Shown: positions 21,166-36,100 of the stretch, in pieces
How the letters are laid out: each line of letters opens with the position of its first letter
How positions within the stretch are numbered: position 1 is the stretch's first letter
From: Haliotis cracherodii
Taxonomy: Eukaryota
Direction of reading: 5' to 3'
DNA length: 64,000 bases
Assembly (NCBI RefSeq): GCF_022045235.1
Contig: NW_027266275.1
Span: 70,804,001 to 70,868,000, forward strand
Notes under the pieces: model-generated
What the model was told of the DNA's origin: nothing
The model's input: the letters and a program-made list of their open reading frames with translations, nothing else
The model's database searches: none
Position numbers and translations under genes: made by a program

Positions 21166-24100
21166 TTATGCGTTTTCCTCTTGACCATCATAATCATCCA
21201 GTGCGAGAATACGGTTTTCAGGGACATCTCTCCTGGGTGTCTCGGTACTACGAGGTCCATATTGTTCCAGGACTTGTCTCATCTCCTTACAGACTTGTGT
21301 AGCTATTGCTTCCTTCAAGTCAGACTTCATGTTCTGTATTTGCTTCCTTAATGAACCGACAAGATCTTCTACCCTGGAAACATTGTATTTTGTAAACGTT
21401 AGACAACTATTATTTTTTATTAATATCGTCTTGATTTTTCATAAATACGGAAATGCTTACTTTGATATGTCCATTCCGTTATTTGACGAAGCTACTTCAC
21501 TTGAACTGCAAACAGAAAAAATAAATTGTGTCAAACAAAATCTTATTTGATCTTTTTGCGGTTCAAAGATGACCCACACAAATTATTCATATGTAAAATA
21601 ATATTATCAAAATAGTCGGGCTTGCGCCGTTTTAAAGAGTATTTCAGTTTTATCAACGCTTCGGCTATGATCAATTATATGGTCATATATGCCACATGAC
21701 GGTCAGTGCACAAACGTTAGGCAATGATGCCATGTTTGCAACTATTATGTATGTAATTTGCCTGATTAATGTGTGACGTGAGTGTTTAAGCCCCGCGACA
21801 AAAAAGGTATAACAATCTCACCTCGACGGTTCAGGAACAGCTCTGAACGTCTTAGCCATGCCTTCTTTATTGTCAGGCTTTTGTCTGAAAAGAAGGAATG
21901 CAGTCTCGAAATCATTTATTGATATTGTCGATAATAAATAAAATTGGTATACGTGTGAATCACATAACGCTAGTATATTGCTTCAAAATTAATACTTTCT
22001 TATACTTTCAAATACATTTGATACAAAGACGTCACAGTTTTGATTTGCTATGGTAAAAGCAGAATGTCAAACAGTGAAAATATGTTGACCTGACATGCGG
22101 TTCGACTTCAAATGGATCAATATTTTATTGGTGTAGGTATAATGATGTTATCTACAAAAAGTTCAATTATTACCACAACAATGTTTTATCTATTGTTTTG
22201 GAAGATGCACGAGTATTGTCAGTAGAAAATAGATAAAAACAAAACAATGTGATACAGCTTTAGTACGTAACCGTATTCCTATACACACCGTATTTACTGT
22301 TAGTGCACTAAACATTTTTTGGCATACTGTTTATATATTTTTAGAAAATCCAGTTTTCAACTTTTTTTTAAAAAAACCCCATGCATTTTCGTTTGAATGA
22401 CAGAGGGAGCTTCCAGCAGGGCAGAGCATGCGTTGGACTATTTTGGTATGTCGACAACGATTCGTGAGCAGGGTTCACTATGAATGTGTCGCTTCCACGA
22501 GTATGAATTGCCTTGAAGCTTTCGTTCTCTGATTGCCACAGAAAACCTTGAACTTGTTTTCCTACCGATGTATTCACGAGGTTTTCGTATCCGATCTTTA
22601 TGTTACTTATGTGGTGGTAAATGTTAGCTCACTGTCAACCTACTGATTTACCTTTTTCAAATATTCGAACTTAAAGAACTGTCTGGCAAGCATTATGCAA
22701 ACGACGAAGACGTCATGTCTGCTTTGGAGAACGTTGTACACCACCAGGGGGAGCCTTCTACACAATTGAGATCCAGACACTCCAGCATCGTTGGCAGAAG
22801 TGTGTGGACCTCGGAGGGGATTATGTTGAACAATAATTATCAACAAACTCCATCAACATAGTCTATCGTGGTTTCAGCCACTCATAGTACCACTATAGCA
22901 TGACCCCATGCAAATTCCGTGTCAGATTGATTTCAGGCAACATGCCTTTAAGAGCCGACTTATGAGGACTCAGCTGCGTGGTATTTACTCTTGCTCGCAA
23001 ACACCGACTCGTCTATTTGCAGGCCTCAATGATATAACTGGAATATTGACCGCGGCTGACAACAGTTTCACACTTACTCAATAGCTACAGCCAGAATAGA
23101 AATCACAAAACTATGGTCATGTTGAAAATCGAACTCTCTTTCGCCCTCGACTTCTCGCACTCGTTATCACTGATTGATCTAGCTATAGCTACCATGAACA
23201 TATTTCATTGATTTCGTCAGCTGGCCTGTCGCCAGCGTTGCAGATATGTGGAAATATAGGCAATAGTAGACCTATACACATGTGTATTTATGTTCCATTG
23301 TAAGAAAGCGAGGCAATAGTTTTTGAAGTTGCATTGACTGAGTGAGTTGGGTTTAACGCCGCTTTTAACAGTATTCCAGTTATATCACGGCGTGTCAGCT
23401 TAATATGGGAGGAAAGCCCGAAGTCATGCAGGTCTCAGACGTTTACCACTTCGGTGAAACCCACGAGCACGGGTATGGAGCTGACAAACCTAGAAACATA
23501 ATCGGGGCGAACCGGGATTCGAACCCACAATCATAGGTTTCTGGCGTGCCCATTGGACGCAACTCTGCACCCCTTGAAGTTGCAAATATAAGACATCTCC
23601 TACTATAATTTCATGATGTTGAGAGCGTAAGTTCATTTCATATTCTTTCAAATCTATGCATGCAATGTTTTACAGTTGGCGTTTCTGTAGTAATTGTTTA
23701 TTTATACTTACTGCACATTTTAGTTTGTAATTGCATGTCAGAGCTACGGTAACGACGCGTTCTTTATCACTATGGTAAAGGTGAATCGATGGTTTTCTGG
23801 TTTGATTATATGAATTGCGATGGCAGACTCTTGTAGCATATCTAAACAACTTCTTTCTATTCGTTCTTATATGCGAAATCCACAAACCATTTTCTGTAAT
23901 TTTCTTGTTAGATGTATAAATGTACCTGATTTTAGCGTTGATGATAATCAATGTATGTTTATCAAAGTATATTTAGATAAATCAAGACTATAGCAACACT
24001 AAATCGGTTTAGATAAATCAAGACGACAGCAAGACTAAATCGGTTTAGATAAATCAAGACTACAACAACACTAAATCGGTTTAGATAAATCAAGACTACA

Positions 24101-27100
24101 ACAACACTAAATCGGTTTAGATAAATCAAGACTACAGCAACACTAAATCGGTTTAGATAAATCAAGACTACAACAACACTAAATGTTTTTTTCAGTCCGG
24201 CTATATGAAGTAGAAGAGGCTCGAAACACTGTTTGTCCGCGTTGCAGAGGACACTTTTATTTTGTTGTTCAACACATTTACAATGCATATATTGATAATA
24301 TCATGTTTTTATCCATTGCACGCGCAAGGAGGAAAGCTATTAGACAAACATATGGCAGTGTCACACATATTACTGTGAATGCAAAGATGATATTTTTTGT
24401 TTGGACGTACACATAAATATGACACCGTTCTCAAGAAAGAAAGCAAACTTTATCGGAATCTAACACTGAAAGTTTTATCTGGACTTACGTTATGGAGTAC
24501 CTTCCTCGTACGAAGTACGTCTTTAAGGCGGATGACGACACGTTCACAGGTTTGACCTTCTTGTTAGAATATTAAAGAGACTGCAACCTGTCAAGTCAGT
24601 TCTTGGACATATTTACATATCTATAAACGCCTTAAGAACGGGAAGATGGGGTATAAACGAGACTGTTTACCCTTTCAGTAAGTTCCCAAACCACGCAGGA
24701 GGATGTACCTATGTCATGACAATGGATGTTGGAAAATGTGTTGTCGAGAACTTTAAGTTCTTTAAATACTTTTGCATAGAATATGTTTTCATTACTGGCA
24801 TAATGTCATGAGTGTGTAATGCAACTTTGGTTCAGGTGTCAGGGATTACTGAAGTGATGCCAATGTTAGAAGACTTTCAGCAAGGATCTAAAATATCTGC
24901 AAAATGGGTGCCGACGGTAAGAAGTGGAAGATATGGAAATTGTTGAATTCAATAATTATTATTCTTAAGCTCTCTATATAGCGTTTGTTAACTTCAACCA
25001 CTGGATGATAGTCGGTAGACCATCTGGAAGGTTCTCAATGTTACGTAAATGTAATATTGAAATTTTGTATTTTCTATAAACTCTGGCAGAAAATCTAAAT
25101 GTACAACATTTAGCTTTGGTACTTCACATGCTTGTACATACTAGCATATATTTCAATAACATTGACATCGTTTACATTTCGAAGATATACGAATTGAATT
25201 TTCGTGTGGTCAACGTGCTTTTAAACTAAATAGATTTTATTTTAAAATACCCTTATTTTATACCTTGAATTCTACTGCTCTCAAATACAATGTGTCATAG
25301 CTAAGTATGTTTAACAGGAATTAATACAAGAGCATTGTCCTATAGGTATATGTTAACAAGTGCTGACAGGTATTACTGTCGTAAATGTTGGCAACGTCTC
25401 ATTATTCACATGAGGTTAGAGATGTGTCTTTTCAAATCAACTGAAACATTGTCAGCTAATTTACCAAACTATCTTTTCATTCTGCTAGTATTAGATTTTA
25501 CTCCAGTTTCCTTAAGCAAGAACCATAATATATGACAAACCCGAGTGGAGACATTCGCTTGCTTCCTGATTTGAATTCCTCAGTGGCCAGGTAGTATTCT
25601 CCCATGGACCTCTCCCAAGAATCCATTTCTGCATCCTGATTCTTTGCTGAAAGAAACGTTTCCGAGTAGAATGACGTTCCTTAGGTACATGCCTATTGGT
25701 CAGAAAGAGACTATGGTAATGTAGTTGTTCACTATATGGTCTCACCATACATTGGTATTTCCTGTATTAAGGTGTTGTTTGTAGAATACATTAAAATTAC
25801 TTGATGTATACTTGATGTATACTTGTTACCTAAACTGTCCATAATAAACAGTTAATCCACCAACTGCGTGAACCTGACCATTCGAAAACAGGATAACATT
25901 TAACATGTACGAAAAACATGTACAGACAATGGCAATATAATGAATAACACATAGTACATTTCAAAACCATTAAAAAGCTAAACCCACTGAAAGATTGAGG
26001 TGAACTTATTTATCTTCTGTTAGAAACCGATACCATGGCACATTTCTTTACACACACGACCACATACGTTTACATAAAAGAAGTTGAAATTACAATTGTG
26101 AAGCGGTATCTTGATCACGCTTGTACGAGTGTAGCGCCCTCATCAGTGCACATGTTAACACTCTCGGTCAATACTTAAAAACAAACCTGTAATATGACTA
26201 TTGCCGTCATTTAATTGAAGTAAACCTATGCACTTATTTCGATGCTAAATATCACACCTTTTCCACCAATAACCCTTCCAAACAATTAGATACTTGCAGT
26301 TGGCAATGTAAAACACAATTGGATGATAATATAATTCTAATTCATTTTGTCTTCTTACGAAGTTATATGTTTTCTATGTATATATCAACCAAACAAAGCA
26401 TACCTGGGAGTATGAATCAACTATCAACATTTCAACTAATATAAGGGTAGAAGCCCGAGGTCTGTAATTCACTGCCCGATGAAGTACATTTGGGATTTCT
26501 TGTAAATACCCAACATTTCTGACCGCTTCCTTGGTGTAGTGAATAGAGATTCTGCCCAGAGAGCGGAAGGTCAGTGCTTCGATCCCAATCCCCCATGCCA
26601 AAATACGTTAAGCGAATGTACTTGTTGTTACCCTGCCTGGCGCTTGGGTATCAATGTTAAACGGCCGCATGGTATGACTACACCCAACGTGCATTGACCA
26701 ACAACGGCCACCCCGTCCCCAACCACACACACACAAAGGGTGCGCCAATACGTGTAACAAAACTTAATCGTTTTCCGCATTACATTATTGATGAACATGT
26801 GATATATATATACTCACTCCAACACTCACACATAGGTGCAATGATCGTGAACGCGCCGTTTGAACCCATTTCACCTCAGCCAACATTTCTATACATACCC
26901 TCTTTTGGTGCCACTTGCACTGACTTGCAACACACATAGAGAAAGTAGCCAACGTCAAAGAAGACGTTGAAAGGAGGGGGTACCGGGGGTTTGCTGTAGT
27001 ATTCCAGTATAACTTTCGCCTTTTGCCACGCTGCCAGCCATTCAGTCTGATCGTGAACCTTTTGAAAGGTGAAGCTGTGAACAACACAATATCACCACAA

Positions 27101-30100
27101 TAGCGCCTCTATGATGTTGAGAGCATGTTCAACCTTGAATGAACAGGTACGCTGATTTTATGCAATGTTATGCTACACATCTTAAACATACTTGTACGGT
27201 TTGTTAATCTGTTTACTTGTGCTCCAGTGGCACCTTCGACCTGCATCTCGTTAAGTTTTTGTATTGATCTTCCTGTATACTGATCTACAAAGACGGATAG
27301 TCTGGCAAGACCTTAATGGTTTGCTTGAAGGATCTATCCACATCTGCGTGATCTTAACAACAAACAATCAATTCCATTATTCCTACAAACATGCATGCTG
27401 AAGATGAGAATTAAATTGTTGAGGAGAATATTCACCTGGATGAAAATACTGCCCTGAATCTTGCTAAGGAGATAGTATTGAAGAGGGTTAGTACACTACA
27501 TCTGAATTCTGCTTTTAGGAGGTTCGGGAAGAGCACTTCCATCATTATTCACCTGAATCTTAACTAAAGAGGATGTCTTCACTCCCACCGATTCTTGCTT
27601 CCAGAATGTTAATGAGAATTTGCAATCATGATAAAAATACTAGACCAGAACCTTGCTGTCAGAGTGTTTAAGGGGATGGTGTTCAAGAGGATGTATATAC
27701 CCAAACGTTGCTTTTATGGAGTTTAGAAGAGAACAATCATATGACCTTCATTGTATAATTTACCTGAGCCTCTCAGTGGCCTAGAGTGTGGATATCTATC
27801 AGGGTTTATATCACAGTGTTCAGGAGGAACTAACTGAAGATGTATAACCTTACCTGAATCTTGCGATCAGGATGTTGAGGAGGAGAACATTCAGTAGAAG
27901 CATGTGCAGTGCCAAAAGAAATGGAACTGCATATTTCCCCAAGGTGGATGGACATTCATTCAGTGTGTCGTTTTCAAAGAGAAGTGGGTTAGACGAACAC
28001 TCTTCCTGGGTTTCGCTTGCTGAACATTCCAAGAAATTTATAATTCTGATGAACCAAGTGTGTGAACTAGATTTGTTTTACTTTCTAGCCTAGGTTTACA
28101 TAGATTCAATACTGGCAGCAACTGAATATATAGATTTGTGTCACTTTCATAAGATTTACATCCCAGTCATTCTGTCAATCTTCAAAAAGGGAACAAACGA
28201 CACAGATTTAGGTATGTAGACATGCACTTATCATCGAACGCCAACACCAGAAAGTCATTCAACCAAATATATCTGATTCTGCATTGTATACATGTCTATA
28301 AATAATCTGGCATGACATTTACATGCCTAAATATTAGGAGTGAGTGAGTGAGTATGGTTTTACGCCGCTTTTAGCAATATTCCAGCAATATCACGGCGGG
28401 GGACATCAGAAATGGGCTTCACACATTGTACCCATGTCAGGAATCGAACCCGGGTCATCGGCTTGACGAGCGAACGCTTTAACCACTAGGCTACCCGACT
28501 GCCCCCTAAATGTTAGGAAAGTCATTGATATGTTATTGATTAGCTGCTGTATATCTGTAGCATATACTCCTAAAAAGGATACTGGTACTGGTTTAAAAAC
28601 ATAGGGATAGTGTAAATCAGTTTATAAACTGAAAAAAATGGATGAATGAAGTTGCACGATCAACAGAATCTCACCCTCGTGTCTCTTGATGTCAAATATA
28701 TCAACACTCGTAGGTAAAACTTCTACACTTTTATCGAGTCGTGTTGATATATTTGATATCAAATGACACTCGGGTGAGGTTATCTACATACTATACCTTC
28801 AATTTCATCCAGCCCTAATTCCCCAAATAGGTTCCAAAAGGCACTTCTAGGAATGTCAATCAAAGCTTCAGGGGACCAGTCACGGTTAGGATATAGAAGC
28901 GCGTGTGCGGCCAGGCCTTGCGATATGATGAAAACCGACATTATCAGCAGGAACGGAAACAGGTCTTTGATCTACATAGCAATGAAGAACAATTACCTAA
29001 CAACTGTAGCTCTTTGCCTAGAATTAACATATTTGTGTCATCTCAATAACTATTGAGTAATAAAATTGCCCATCCTTCATATTACTAACTTCACGAATAT
29101 CTAATTTCTGAAACATACTGATATGTAGCTCTCAGCCAATGTGATAAGAATATCAAGACAGACATTTGACCATTAAGGACATAATTCTTGTCCTTTTATT
29201 TGTACCGAGCATGGTCAAACTCTACCTACCATTTGAAAGATCATTTCAAGTACTGGACCCATGATGCGGAATATCGCCAGATGTTGAAGTATTCTCCAGG
29301 TAAAGAACATGATGTCGAGACTCAGTATGACTCTAGCTGCTTCATACACATCGTTTCTGGAGGTGTCGAGATGGACGATGGTCATCAGTACAGCACCAAT
29401 CAGGAAGAACCCAAGGGAAACACAGTCCAGTATGTTCCAGTAGTTATCAAAGAAGTATCCGCTGAAATCTGCGCTGAGTTTCCACCTGCAGCAGCACTGA
29501 CATTTGTTCTGTTCAGACTGTTTGATTTTTACAATCTGAAAGTATTAGCAATGCATTAACTTAAGCTGACTCTTTAGCCACCATTTCACACTGCGTAGTG
29601 TTTGTGTTAGTGCAGAACACAGACTGAACAAGAGGATACAGCATACATGTATTGCAGGGCCTACCAATGTACCACCAAACCCTGTCTCAAAGAGTTACCA
29701 TGACCCTTAATACGTTTTTTAAAATACTTCCATGAAGTATTTGAGATGAGAAAGTAATTTCATACGGACTCTCAAAAAGGATTTGCTTGACTTTTATTGG
29801 AATCTCAGAAGAGCCAGGTTCAATTCTATACACAACAAAAGTAAGAGAAATTTCATGTTTTGGCCCATAAGGCTCATGTCGCAAAACGCGGTGACCATGA
29901 TAGATATAGCTCCAACTCTATCTTCGAAGGTTCATCCCGGTTCTCTCAGACTATGTTTCTAGGTTTGTCAGCACCATATCCGTGCTCGTGTGTTTCACCG
30001 AAGTGGTAAACGTCTGAGATCTGCATTACTTCGGGCTTTCCCCCCCACATTAAGCTGACACGCCGTGACATAACTGGAATACTGTTAAAAGTGGTGTTAA

Positions 30101-33100
30101 ACCCAACTCACTCATTCTTCGAAGGTTCCAGACAATTTGTCAGAGATGAAATCACATAAAGTTTACTGAGATAGATATCAATTTGCAATTTTGGGGTGGG
30201 ACATTTAGGCAAGGGGTTGGCATGCCCATGGGTACCAATCGTGACCCCCTCCTTGATCTGTTTCTTCATGCGTATGAATCTGAATGGCTGCTGGGATTGG
30301 CAAACTACAAACAAGGTACAATCAAGCAGGATGTTTCTTCGAAGATTTCAAACCGGGTCATAGGTTTTCTTTTCTTTAACTTTGTATTGTTTTGGGACGA
30401 GTGATACCTGCGGGGCAGGATACGCTAATTTTCTTCGCAAACATCTGGTTAGGTTAGGTTTGTTGTTTAACGCAACACTCAGCAATATTCCAGCTATATG
30501 ACGGCTGTCTGTAAATAATCAAGTCTGGATCAGACAATCCAGTGATCGATATAATGAGCATCGATCCATGCAATTGGGATCGATGACATGCATGAACCAA
30601 GTCAGCGAGTATGACCACCCGATCGCGTTAGTCGCCTCTTACGACAAGCATAGTCGCCTTTTAAGGCAAGCATGGGTTGCTGAAGATCTGTTCTACCCCG
30701 GATCTTTACAGGTCCGCAAACATCTGGTATCATCACTATTTGAAAGTGATTAATAATTACATGCTTGTGATATAGTTGGAATCGTGCAATGGACTTTGCT
30801 TTGAGCAGAGACTTATGATTATGGAATGGATTTTATCGCTTTTATTTGAAAGAGTTTTACGTTAGAAATTGTGTATCAAACGTCATATTAACCTGTCTGA
30901 TTTCCTCCCAAACAAACGTGAACCACCATCCGACCAATATGCCTTCAAGGGCTGAAAATTCCTTCTTCATTTCAAACAGCAATGTGTGGCCAAAGAGTCC
31001 AAGGAAACAAACGTAGAACAGCTGCAGAGATTGAAAATTCGTTTGTATTCATTTACGTGTTCATTCATTCGATTATTAAACATATTAAAATGTAGTGCTG
31101 TAAGGTCTCTTTATGAAAGTGTTATTTCATTTTGCAATTATATCGTTATATTTTGGGAGCGGTGGTGTAGACTAGAAGTTAATGCGTTCGCTCGTCACGT
31201 CGAAAGACCGTGTTCGATTCCTTATATCACTTGGGTTCCATGTCTTGATGATTTGGAATTTCTGCTAAAAGCGGCGTAACATCGATACCAACCACTCATT
31301 CACGCTCTTATAATTGTGTGTATGTTACCAAGTTCAAAGTATATGTTGTAACTGGTGCTATCGCAAGTCGTCCTAAGCGAGCACAGCGTGTTCCATCCCT
31401 GAAATGAATACAAATGAAAAATGCACTAAAAATATTGGAAAGGAGTAAGTCATTTGTGTTTTCACATCTGAATTATTGTATCATGATTTGTTTGTAAAAT
31501 CTTAAGTCCAGGTTTATATTAAATGCATAATTTCATAAAAGAAATACTCACTCCTTGATAGTCATTTTCTTAAGTTCTTTGTATTTATCCTGAAAATAGA
31601 TGACACATGTTTTCTTGAAAAAGTAAATTATGATAAACAATGTTACTATTTCACATGTACCTAATAAACATTACAGCGATAAGTACTATGCAGTGAACAG
31701 TTCGAAGAACAATTTATAGAAATAGTAGTGCGTACTACTTCACTATGAACACTCCGCATTACCATGTTCAAGACCGAGTTCAAGTGGTCGTAAATTAAAT
31801 AGCATGGTACATCATAGCTTGAAACCTGCAAGGTGTTGTATTCCAAAGGACATGTGACCCGTGAAGATCTGGGGTAGAATAGATCTTCAGCAACCCATGC
31901 TTGCTGTAAAAGGTGACTATGCTTGTCGTAAGAGGCGACTAACTGGATTGGGCGGTCAGGCTCACTGAATTGGTTGATGCAATTGTGTGTATCGATGCTC
32001 ATGATATCAATCACTGGATTGTTCCAGACTCGATTATTTTACAGTCCGCCGTCATATAGCTGGAATATTGCTTAGTGCGGCGTTAAACAACAAAACAACC
32101 AACCAACCAAAGGACATCTTGACACGATCGTGGGTTTTCCAGGAAGGAACTCGTCTCCATGAACCTGTGTTGGTCGTAAAAGGCAACTTAATGGATCGGA
32201 TGTCAGACTTGGTGACTTCCTTTATATCATCGTACCCGACGGCGGGAACCCTTGCACATAATATCAATCACTGAAATGTCTGGTCCTGATTTGATCAGCA
32301 ACAGGCCGTCGTTAAAAGAGTTCGAATATTGCAGAAGGGGTCGTTATACAACAAACTAACCTCCCAACGTACCAAAGTAGATATTCTATTGATGTAACAG
32401 TTGCATAACGCAACTCACCTGTATGGGTGGGTTAATTTTTCCAAACCACACACGCTCAGTGTACTTCCGATAAGCTTCTGTCGCAAATATTCTCCGGTTG
32501 TTAGCAGCCAAAGAACATCTCATCAGATCCTGCTGCCATATGTTGTCTGCTAACTGTGACTGTATCAGTTTCATGGTCCTTTCTTTGTGGTCATCATAAC
32601 ATTTATTCATGAGGCCGATTGCTCTGCTCTGAAACAATCTAAACATATAACAGATGACCGAAGTGTGTGGTGTTCCTTATATCGGTCATACATAATAAAG
32701 AAATATGTAGCCGGCGCAATGTCCACGGCGACCTCTAACACATCAACTCAGGACCAGACGAAGCTTCAGCAGCGAACATCAACGTAAAGCACGTCACCGA
32801 TCCCCTTGTATAGTGGGAACAAATCCTTCCTTGATTATGTAAACGTTGCTATTCTTATGGAATTATGTCTTTAATTCAAATATTGATCCTTCACTTTCAG
32901 CAGACGTCATCACAAGTATTTTGTTTCGATAACCTTGGGTGTATTATGTTTATTATTCAGGACTGTTGATAAAAACCTTTCTTTTGAGCACTGTAACTAC
33001 CATGAGTGAGTTGGGTTTAACGCCGCTTTTAACAGTATTCCAGTTATATCACGGCGTGTCAGCTTAATGTGGGAGGAAAGCCCGAAGTGATGCAGGTCTC

Positions 33101-36100
33101 AGATGTTTACCACTTCGGTGAAACCCACAAGCACGGGTATGGTGCTGACAAACCTAGAAACATAATCGGGGCGAAGCGGGATTCGAACCCACAATCATAG
33201 TTTTCTGGCGTACCCAAGGGACGCAACTCTGCACAGCGAATCGCGGCGCCTTAGACGACTGGGCAACCCGTGCCCCCTGTAACTACCATGAAGTTTGTTA
33301 CGAAGTAAAATAATAAGTAGTACTTTAAGCAGTAACATTTACATCAGTAGATAGCCCTCATGTTCCAACAAATCGTTGATAATACAGTGATGTTTTTCTT
33401 TCAGACATGATGTCTCAGTCATACAGCCCAGTGCCCCTTGTTAATCTGATATATTGCATAACATGGCGAGAAGAAACAAATACATACATAAACATAAAAC
33501 CTTACTCTCCTTGTGTTTAAAACAAGAAATGTTTAATGGTTTAATACGCCGAACTTACATTGCCTGTGCTTCTAGTGTTTTCTGACTGCCAATGTTCTCT
33601 TCATCCCTCATCCGAGACCTGAGGACTAATGCCGCCAGCAGGGACGATGTCAGCAGGTGCTGAAGATAGGTGACATGCTCAAATTATGACTCCATCACTT
33701 TCAAAATGTACTTACAAGTGTACAGGTTAGCTTACTACAATACATAATTTACATATACTTTTGGGGCATGGGTGGCACAGGCACCAAATCGCCGTGCAGA
33801 GATGCGTCATTTTAACTGATGAGGATTCTATAAATTTGGGTTCCATTCCCAGATCCTTAGTACTAATCCAGCTATGTGACGGTGGTCGTAAATATTACAG
33901 TCTGGAACAGACAATCCAGTGATTGACATCATGAGCATCCACACAATTGAGATACAATGACATGCAATCAACCAAATCTTCCGAGCCTGACCACTCGATC
34001 CATTTAGTCGCCTTTTACGACAAGCAAAGGTCCCTGGGATTCTTTCCCGGATTCCTAAATGTATCAGCCTTGCCATGGTATAACGGAAATACTGTTCCAA
34101 TCGGTGTTAATCCTAGCTCACTCAGTCATTCATGGATGTAAATTATCTTACGGTTCCTTTCTTCCAAAACAGCGCAGCGCATTTCAGTCGGTCTGTCTGC
34201 ACGGCCCACATCATTAAACGTCTGAATACATCCTCCTTGGGCCCATACGACGGAGCACTGGATCGCGGAAACGGATTGTATGAGGTTTCCTATACAATAA
34301 TAAATACCGTATTCGCTAATGGCCTTTTTACCATATGAGAAGATTGATAAATTAAATGCTCAAACCAACATAAAAAAAGAACAATTATCACGTTGATATA
34401 TAAAGTACCTACCAGTGGCTGTGGACAGTGTGTCACTTTACACAAGTCTGAGATCACAGTCTCAGTGAAGAAATCTTTAAGGTTCACACCATCATAGTCT
34501 ATGATGAATTGTGCACTCTCCGCCTCGTCCATCAGCATCGCTTGAAGAAGGAACATGCCTGTTGTCTCTTAAAACAAAGAAATGAATTGTTGGTTAACTA
34601 AAATTTTCAAAGTTACATGATACAATTACGAGGTTTGGTCGATAACAGTCAAAATTATTTACTTGATTTACCAAACACTCATTGAGACCAGACATCACTA
34701 GCAGACAGCTTTGGTGTCTGACAAGGAGTGTTTACACTATAAAATATACGTTTATAAATACGCCAAAAAGGGTAACGATTGTGGACATAGGTTTCGAAAC
34801 GTTTCCATAAATGCCATTCTGCGAAACGTTTCCATAAATGCCATTCTGCTAAATTGCCAACAAGGCTAAATATCCACACGTGGAGTTTACCACTGAGATG
34901 TCTCCTCTGTTCCTGGATGTTGAGAGCTGCAGCAGCAGCCCCTTCCCCGTCAAACAACCTCGCCGGCATATAGTAGTCCAGAATCTGCAGCACGTCAGGA
35001 ACAGTTTTACCTGAAATTGAATAACACAGCGTTGTGATCTCACATACTTAAAATACAGTTCACAATTTCAATAACTTGGCTCTGAGCCTGCTTTCATTTC
35101 CAGACTCAAAGTCATTGTCGTCTTGACAAAATGCACCGTTCAAATTCAGCATGGACCGCCTTCATGGTCTGATGGTAGAGCGCCTGCCCGGAGAGCGGAA
35201 GGTCTGGGGTTCGATCTTTGGCCGCCTCATACCAAAACACGTTAATGATGGTACTTGTTGCTATCCTGGCTGGCGCTCCGAATAAAGGGGCTAAAACAAA
35301 CACTGTCTGAGTGGGGTATTCTTGTTAAACTACTCCATGGCATTTCAACGGGCTAGAACTAGAAAATCGGCATGAATCAAGACAAGTACAAGCAGCCACA
35401 CACACACACATACACACACACACACACACATACACGTGCATGCACGTAGCTACATAAGTGCAATAATCATGAACGCTACGTTAAACCCCATTTCACCTCA
35501 TCTCACCTCAAATTCAGGTTTGGTGAGATATGAATGATAAAAAATATGCATGTGTTGTCGGCCAAGAACGGCGATACGTGATAGTGAGTTTGGTTTGACG
35601 CCGCGCTCTGAACAGTATTTCTGTCATATGAAGGAAAGCGCACAGTGACGTACATTGTAGGTCTTACACGTTAGCTATATTCAGTTTAATCATGCGATAC
35701 GTGCAGAGAAATGATTTGAAGGGATTCAACTTTTCATGATTCTTTTGTTGGTGTTTCAATAATGAGTAGGTAATGTGAATGGAGCGGGAATTATCGTAAG
35801 CCTCACACCGTTAATCGTTGAGCATGTACTTACTTTTAAGAGGTGCCTGTATGACTGCATTTAATCGTTGAGCATGTACTTACTTTTAAGAAGTGCCTGT
35901 AGGACTGCATTTAGTCGGTGAGCATGCACCTACTTTTAAGAAGTGCCTGTATGACTGCATTTAATCGTTGAGCATGTACTTACTTTTAAGAAGTGCCTGT
36001 AGGACTGCATTTAGTCGGTGAGCCTGTACCTACTTTTAAGAAGTGCCTGTATGACTGTATTTAATCGTTGAGCATGTACTTACTTTTAAGAAGTGCCTGT

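Noticed and set aside
23962-24288. 108-aa hydrophobic repeat ORF
   Set aside because: Antisense translation of the 36-bp tandem repeat.
29188-29559. 123-aa plus-strand ORF
   Set aside because: Antisense shadow of the TRPM S3-S4 exon.
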